Source: Ignisphaera sp.
Lineage (GTDB): Archaea; Thermoproteota; Thermoprotei_A; Sulfolobales; Ignisphaeraceae
Direction: 5' to 3'
DNA: 11,685 nt
Assembly: GCA_038889075.1 (NCBI GenBank)
Contig: JAWAHS010000006.1
Coordinates: 68,540-80,224, forward strand
Both the position numbers and the translations under genes were made by a program. The notes under the pieces are model-generated. The model searched no databases and was not told where the DNA came from. It was given only the letters and a program-made list of their open reading frames with translations. Shown here one piece after another: positions 8,285-11,685 of the stretch (position 1 is its first letter; the number at the start of each line of letters is the position of its first letter).

Positions 8285-8545
8285 CTAGCCATTCCTAGTT
8301 GCTATAACCTCATCAACACTGTGGACTACGGCTCCCATACCCTCTAGGGTATTCTTTACAGTATCGAAATCTATTTCAGAACCCTCAATAGTTATTGTTA
8401 GAGTGAGCGTCTCTACATCTATTTCATTGACCTTAATGTTTATCCTACTAACACCGTCTATTTCAAGGAGTCTGCGTGCAACATCTATTATTGTAGGACC
8501 TTTCAATGTTTTCAGGACATCCAGTACCAGTTTTGTTATACCCAT
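8285..8545 (-). CDS. DUF211 family protein
   Basis: Family-typical LVLDVLK...P, GVSRINIKVNEIDVET, ITIEGSEIDF and GAVVHSVDEV. Co-oriented and 27 nt upstream of the thiolase gene. Confidence 0.88.
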   Translation of the reverse strand: MGITKLVLDVLKTLKGPTIIDVARRLLEIDGVSRINIKVNEIDVETLTLTITIEGSEIDFDTVKNTLEGMGAVVHSVDEVIATRNG

Positions 8546-8717
8546 TTTTCTCCACAGCCCACTACTCTATATTAGTGGTTGCCTATATTAACTTATTAAT
8601 TGTTTTGATGCTGGGTATACTATGTGTTAATACGGTCTCCATATATGTTATTGCTCTATAGGCTGTGTACAGAGGTTTTATATGTATATTAGCTAGTGTG
8701 TACTGGTAGTGTGTGCT

Positions 8718-9392
8718 ATGGATGTCAATGTTGTAAGGATGGCTCTTCTCGAGTGCTACCATAGATATGGACAGAGATTCGTTGTAGTGATGAAAACAGC
8801 TATAGGTATTGCTAAGGAGAATAGGCTTAGGGGTGAGCAGCTTCCTGGGGATTTCGATTATAGGACTCTAGTGGATAGGCTCAACTCTATAGGGGTTCAG
8901 TACAACCCATCCCTTCTTCTCAGAGCTCTGGAGCGGGAGTACGGTGTTATAGAAACATCTTATAGGAGCAGCAATCAGCATTGGTATAGGTTTAGAGATC
9001 TCGAGTCTGTTGAACAGATTCTGAATTCTGTAGCTGGTATAGATGTTGCTGAGGAGGAGCCCGAGGTTGCTATGGTGAAGATACAGATTAAAGCTCTTCA
9101 AATCAGGTACTGGCTTGGTAAATTAAAAACCCTTAGTATAAAGACTAGGCTAAGCAGATCCGATATTGAGCTGTTTAGAAGATTTTCATTTTCCATACTT
9201 CCAAAACTTGTAAGGATTTTGAGGAAAGCTGAAGAGTATGAGGATCAACTCTATACTGAAATAGGTATAGTGAAAGAGATTGTATCGCTAGCCCAGATTG
9301 TTGCTGAGAGGGTTAATCAGGACAGTGCATACGTATCTAAACAGCTGGATGGTATAGATATTGCTGAGGACAGCTATCAACCCTCTATATAA
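8718..9392 (+). CDS. Hypothetical protein with a predicted N-terminal winged-helix domain and helical C-terminus (start ATG 8718 or GTG 8709)
   Basis: GDFDYRTLVDRL...YNPSLLLRALEREYGVIETSYRSSNQHWYRF reads as helix-turn-helix plus a beta-wing. TTTTATAT TATA box at 8676-8683. Confidence 0.75.
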   Translation: MDVNVVRMALLECYHRYGQRFVVVMKTAIGIAKENRLRGEQLPGDFDYRTLVDRLNSIGVQYNPSLLLRALEREYGVIETSYRSSNQHWYRFRDLESVEQILNSVAGIDVAEEEPEVAMVKIQIKALQIRYWLGKLKTLSIKTRLSRSDIELFRRFSFSILPKLVRILRKAEEYEDQLYTEIGIVKEIVSLAQIVAERVNQDSAYVSKQLDGIDIAEDSYQPSI

Positions 9393-9529
9393 TCGCTACA
9401 TATATTTAGACAGTACTCTTCAACATCTTCGCATATATCTTCGCATACTCTATCTTCGCACTTGCTGCAGTCCACTACGGTATCGCATATATCTTCGCAT
9501 ACAGTTTCTCCTTGGCTACCTACAGGCAT
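9377..9529 (-). CDS. Unannotated 50-aa acidic cysteine-rich miniprotein (CxxxC repeats)
   Basis: Manual translation: MPVGSQGETVCEDICDTVVDCSKCEDRVCEDICEDVEEYCLNICSDYIEG*. It has 8 Cys, 15 D/E and 2 K/R. A GGGGA SD lies at 9535-9539 and TTATATA/TTATAAA boxes at 9566-9581 on the minus strand. It fills an otherwise empty gap and is shorter than any ORF in the supplied track. Confidence 0.75.
   Translation of the reverse strand: MPVGSQGETVCEDICDTVVDCSKCEDRVCEDICEDVEEYCLNICSDYIEG
9425..9502. repeat. Intragenic direct repeats: 20-nt TCGCATATATCTTCGCATAC x2 and 9-nt ATCTTCGCA x4
   Basis: The 20-mer occurs at 9429-9448 and 9483-9502 (offset 54 nt = 18 codons). The 9-mer occurs at 9425, 9437, 9452 and 9491, with all offsets multiples of 3, and encodes C-E-D on the minus strand. 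Confidence 0.95.
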
Positions 9530-9586
9530 GTATTTCCCCAGTATAGAGTTTGGTTTGGCAACACCTATATAACCTTTATAACCTTA

Positions 9587-10612
9587 CTACACTACGCTAT
9601 CTATAGTTATAGGTTCTGTAACAAGTGTGTATATATCGTAGTCTCTCCACATGCCAAGCCTTCCATATGGAATTGTGTTGTATTCCTGTAGAATTTGCTG
9701 GAGTTCGTTGAATAGATTCCTATCTATTTGATTTATCAATGCGTATACAGTTTGGGATACGTTGTACTCTACAATTCTCGATGTATCTATCAATCTATGT
9801 TTTCTAGATTCCGAGAACAGCTTTTCTGTAGCTCCTGGCATAAGGGGGTGTGAGGAGCTGTAGCTTGTGGTGATATACGTTATACTGTAGCTGTCCACGG
9901 GTATCTTTATTGCTGTATGGAATCTCGATGCCTTTGTACCATGTGTATAGATCTGTACTGTATCTCCCACCACATCCTCTTTTGATATGGAGGATAGTGT
10001 GTGTATCGATATGTAGTCCAGGTTGAGCTTTCCAACAAGCTCTGCTACCCTACTAATATCCTTCTCCATGTATATGTATCTTGGGAGTAGGTCGAGGGGC
10101 CATGTATATACAAGTTTTCTAAACCTTATCAGAACACCATTTGATAGTGCCATGATACCTCTATCCAAATCTATCTTTCTAATACTTGAGGCTGTAATGG
10201 ATTTGCCTATTAGCGATACTCTAAGTAGCGACTCTATATACTGGAGTATGGTGTTGGTGTAGCAGAGTGTTTTCTGCTCTAGCCATTCTATAAACCAGTT
10301 TCTCTGTACCTGTACTGATCTATATCCAAGGATCTTCCTCTCTATAGGCCCCTCCTTAACTACGTATCTCTCAACACTATAGCATCTGATATCATCTGCA
10401 ATACCGCTTCCTCTAATTAATTCAACGAGTTTCTGTGGAATGAATAGTGGTGATTTTAGGTATCTGTAGACCCTGCCTACAATTCCCACATATCCTCCTC
10501 TACCATATGTAGAGTCTACAGCTAGATAGCTTCTACCAAGATCTCTAGCTACAGATGCTGCTCTGATGGCCGCTATACCAGAGCCTACGATAGCTACATC
10601 AACTTCGATCAC
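9587..10612 (-). CDS. FAD/NAD(P)-binding oxidoreductase-like protein (divergent; protoporphyrinogen oxidase / UDP-galactopyranose mutase-like architecture), substrate unknown
   Basis: Rossmann motif VAIVGSGIAA, an acidic residue ending beta-2 followed by GG (AVDSTYGRGG), central FRKLVYTWPLD and C-terminal PYGRLGMW. GTG start with a GAGGGA SD at 10621-10626. Confidence 0.75.
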   Translation of the reverse strand: MIEVDVAIVGSGIAAIRAASVARDLGRSYLAVDSTYGRGGYVGIVGRVYRYLKSPLFIPQKLVELIRGSGIADDIRCYSVERYVVKEGPIERKILGYRSVQVQRNWFIEWLEQKTLCYTNTILQYIESLLRVSLIGKSITASSIRKIDLDRGIMALSNGVLIRFRKLVYTWPLDLLPRYIYMEKDISRVAELVGKLNLDYISIHTLSSISKEDVVGDTVQIYTHGTKASRFHTAIKIPVDSYSITYITTSYSSSHPLMPGATEKLFSESRKHRLIDTSRIVEYNVSQTVYALINQIDRNLFNELQQILQEYNTIPYGRLGMWRDYDIYTLVTEPITIDSVV

Positions 10613-10660
10613 AGTTGGAATCCCTCTACATACACGTTCTTCACTACATGTATTCTACAC

Positions 10661-10668
10661 TTTATATC
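10661..10668. promoter_or_regulatory. TATA box possibly shared by the divergent oxidoreductase and pilin-like genes
   Basis: TTTATATC on the plus strand lies ~26 nt upstream of ATG 10693. It reads GATATAAA on the minus strand, ~50 nt upstream of GTG 10612. It is the only clear TATA-like run in the 80-bp gap. Confidence 0.45.
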
Positions 10669-10692
10669 CTCTCTACTGTATACGGGGCTTCA

Positions 10693-11073
10693 ATGTATAT
10701 GTGGAGAGGCGTTTCAAGCCTTGTTGCGGTAGCTGTAGTAGCCTCTATAGCATCGATACTCGGTGTTGCTGCCTATACGCTCCTCTGCACAGGCTATCAG
10801 ATAAACACCCAGCTATATAGAGGACTGCCAGCAATAGCTAGATGCTGGAACCTTACACAGGTATGGCTCTGTAGCATTAGAACCTTTGAGGGAATCCATG
10901 GCAACATCTCTATAGTTACAGCTGAGGGCCTGGCTCCATGTGGATATAGATACCTGGTAGCTGGTGAGCCATCTATATGCACTGTAAATAGTTCATCGAG
11001 ACCGGTTGCAGCTCTAATAGATGCTGGTGGCACTGTCTATTCCTATTCTATAGATGTTGGTGATATATGGTGA
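10693..11073 (+). CDS. Archaeal type IV pilin-like protein with class III signal peptide (start revised to ATG 10693, 126 aa)
   Basis: MYMWRG|VSSLVAVAVVASIASILGVAAYTLL has a short basic leader, an RG cleavage site and a ~25-aa hydrophobic helix. A small globular domain follows with Cys residues and N-x-S/T sequons (NLT, NIS, NSS). Confidence 0.7.
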   Translation: MYMWRGVSSLVAVAVVASIASILGVAAYTLLCTGYQINTQLYRGLPAIARCWNLTQVWLCSIRTFEGIHGNISIVTAEGLAPCGYRYLVAGEPSICTVNSSSRPVAALIDAGGTVYSYSIDVGDIW

Positions 11074-11685
11074 TATTCTCGAGAGGTCAAAGCGAATATA
11101 TAGCGGCTGTTATAGCGGTAGTCTCAATGGTTCTACTAGGCATGCTCTACATAAACGCTATCGAGGGTCTCCATAGGGAGGCCGACCTATCTATTAAGAA
11201 GATAGCTGCCTTGAGAGAAGAGCTGGAGATTGCATATGATAGGAATAGCCATACCCTCTCCATAGAGGGGAACGGCAGACCTCTATACATAGTCTATATA
11301 CTGGATGGAGAACTCCATATCGATAGAACCAACACCACGGATAGCCGCATAGACCTCGCCACCCTTCCAAAATACCGTGAGTTGGTAGAGGATAATAAAA
11401 CCATTGATAGAATATGCATCATCACATACTCCCAGAACATGTTCTGCACAAAAAACAGCAGACCGATGTCAATGGCAAACAACAGCGTAACGCTAACGGC
11501 ATCGATCTCGAAATGCACGGTCATGCTCTCTAGATATCTATCGGATTCAGATCTATTTACACTCCTAGAAAGCTACTACACCTACAACTGTTCAGCTACA
11601 TCCTACCCAATTTCGTCAATAGGTTTTACAGCTGTATTTAGCTTCAGCGGTAGCGATATAATCTACACCGTTACAGGTGCAGATG
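11067..11685 (+). CDS. Second class III signal-peptide (pilin-like/adhesin) protein, partial, open to the window end
   Basis: Manual translation MVIFSRG|QSEYIAAVIAVVSMVLLGMLYINAIEGLHREADLSIKKIAALREELEIAYD... has no stop in 206 codons. It overlaps the previous stop codon (ATGGTGA) and has a GGTGA SD at 11059-11063. Sequons NTT, NKT, NNS and NCS are present. It is absent from the ORF track, presumably because no stop codon falls inside the window. Confidence 0.75.
   Translation, partial: MVIFSRGQSEYIAAVIAVVSMVLLGMLYINAIEGLHREADLSIKKIAALREELEIAYDRNSHTLSIEGNGRPLYIVYILDGELHIDRTNTTDSRIDLATLPKYRELVEDNKTIDRICIITYSQNMFCTKNSRPMSMANNSVTLTASISKCTVMLSRYLSDSDLFTLLESYYTYNCSATSYPISSIGFTAVFSFSGSDIIYTVTGAD

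Noticed and set aside
9429-9502. Two 20-nt direct repeats separated by 34 nt, resembling a mini-CRISPR
   Set aside because: There are only two copies and they are shorter than typical CRISPR repeats. The 'spacer' contains a sub-copy of the repeat, no cas genes are in the window, and the periodicity is explained by the Cys-Glu-Asp coding frame.
9361-9546. Plus-strand 61-aa ORF (LRIYLRI repeats)
   Set aside because: It is the antisense shadow of the Cys-rich gene, with a TTG start inside the upstream gene and no promoter. The minus-strand frame has ATG, SD and TATA.
9530-9589. The flavoprotein and Cys-rich ORF are in the same frame with no stop in the intervening 18 codons, suggesting readthrough fusion
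   Set aside because: Tandem TAG-TAA stops make readthrough unlikely, and the linker contains the peptide's own TATA and SD.
133-11524. Remaining short ORFs in the track (133..324, 2354..2578, 2719..2925, 2978..3211, 3520..3711, 6290..6574, 6599..6961, 6882..7142, 6949..7248, 7338..7547, 8403..8591, 8868..9101, 10023..10262, 10566..10820, 10797..11033, 11294..11524)
   Set aside because: They overlap well-supported genes on the opposite strand or in another frame, many with Ser/Ile/Leu-rich shadow composition, and show no recognisable motifs.
1-11685. tRNA, rRNA, IS elements or integrases
   Set aside because: No cloverleaf, rRNA-like segment, transposase/integrase ORF or terminal inverted repeats were seen.

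Overview
An 11.7 kb stretch of what appears to be a hyperthermophilic crenarchaeal chromosome (Thermoproteota, Desulfurococcales-like). The assignment is inferred from archaeal TATA/SD signals, Pth2, L13e, Hjc/PINA and AGG/AGA/ATA codon usage. About 80% of the window is housekeeping: a Zn-ribbon protein, pth2, a non-discriminating-type aspS, truD, the PINA ATPase convergent with hjc, an Ig-like-domain hypothetical, rpl13e, a TtuA/Ncs6-type thiolase, DUF211 and a winged-helix hypothetical. The supplied ORF track misses or misplaces three things. (1) A 50-aa, 8-Cys, highly acidic CxxxC-repeat miniprotein gene (9377..9529, minus) has its own TATA and SD signals, was built partly by an internal 20-nt duplication, and lies directly downstream of an orphan FAD-dependent oxidoreductase. 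(2) Two translationally coupled class III (type IV pilin-like) signal-peptide genes start at 10693 and 11067, the second running off the window; they are transcribed divergently from that oxidoreductase. (3) A ~100-nt aspS leader has mutually exclusive pairings that either sequester or free the SD, which looks like a translational RNA switch. All structures and functions were read by eye and need computational or experimental confirmation.
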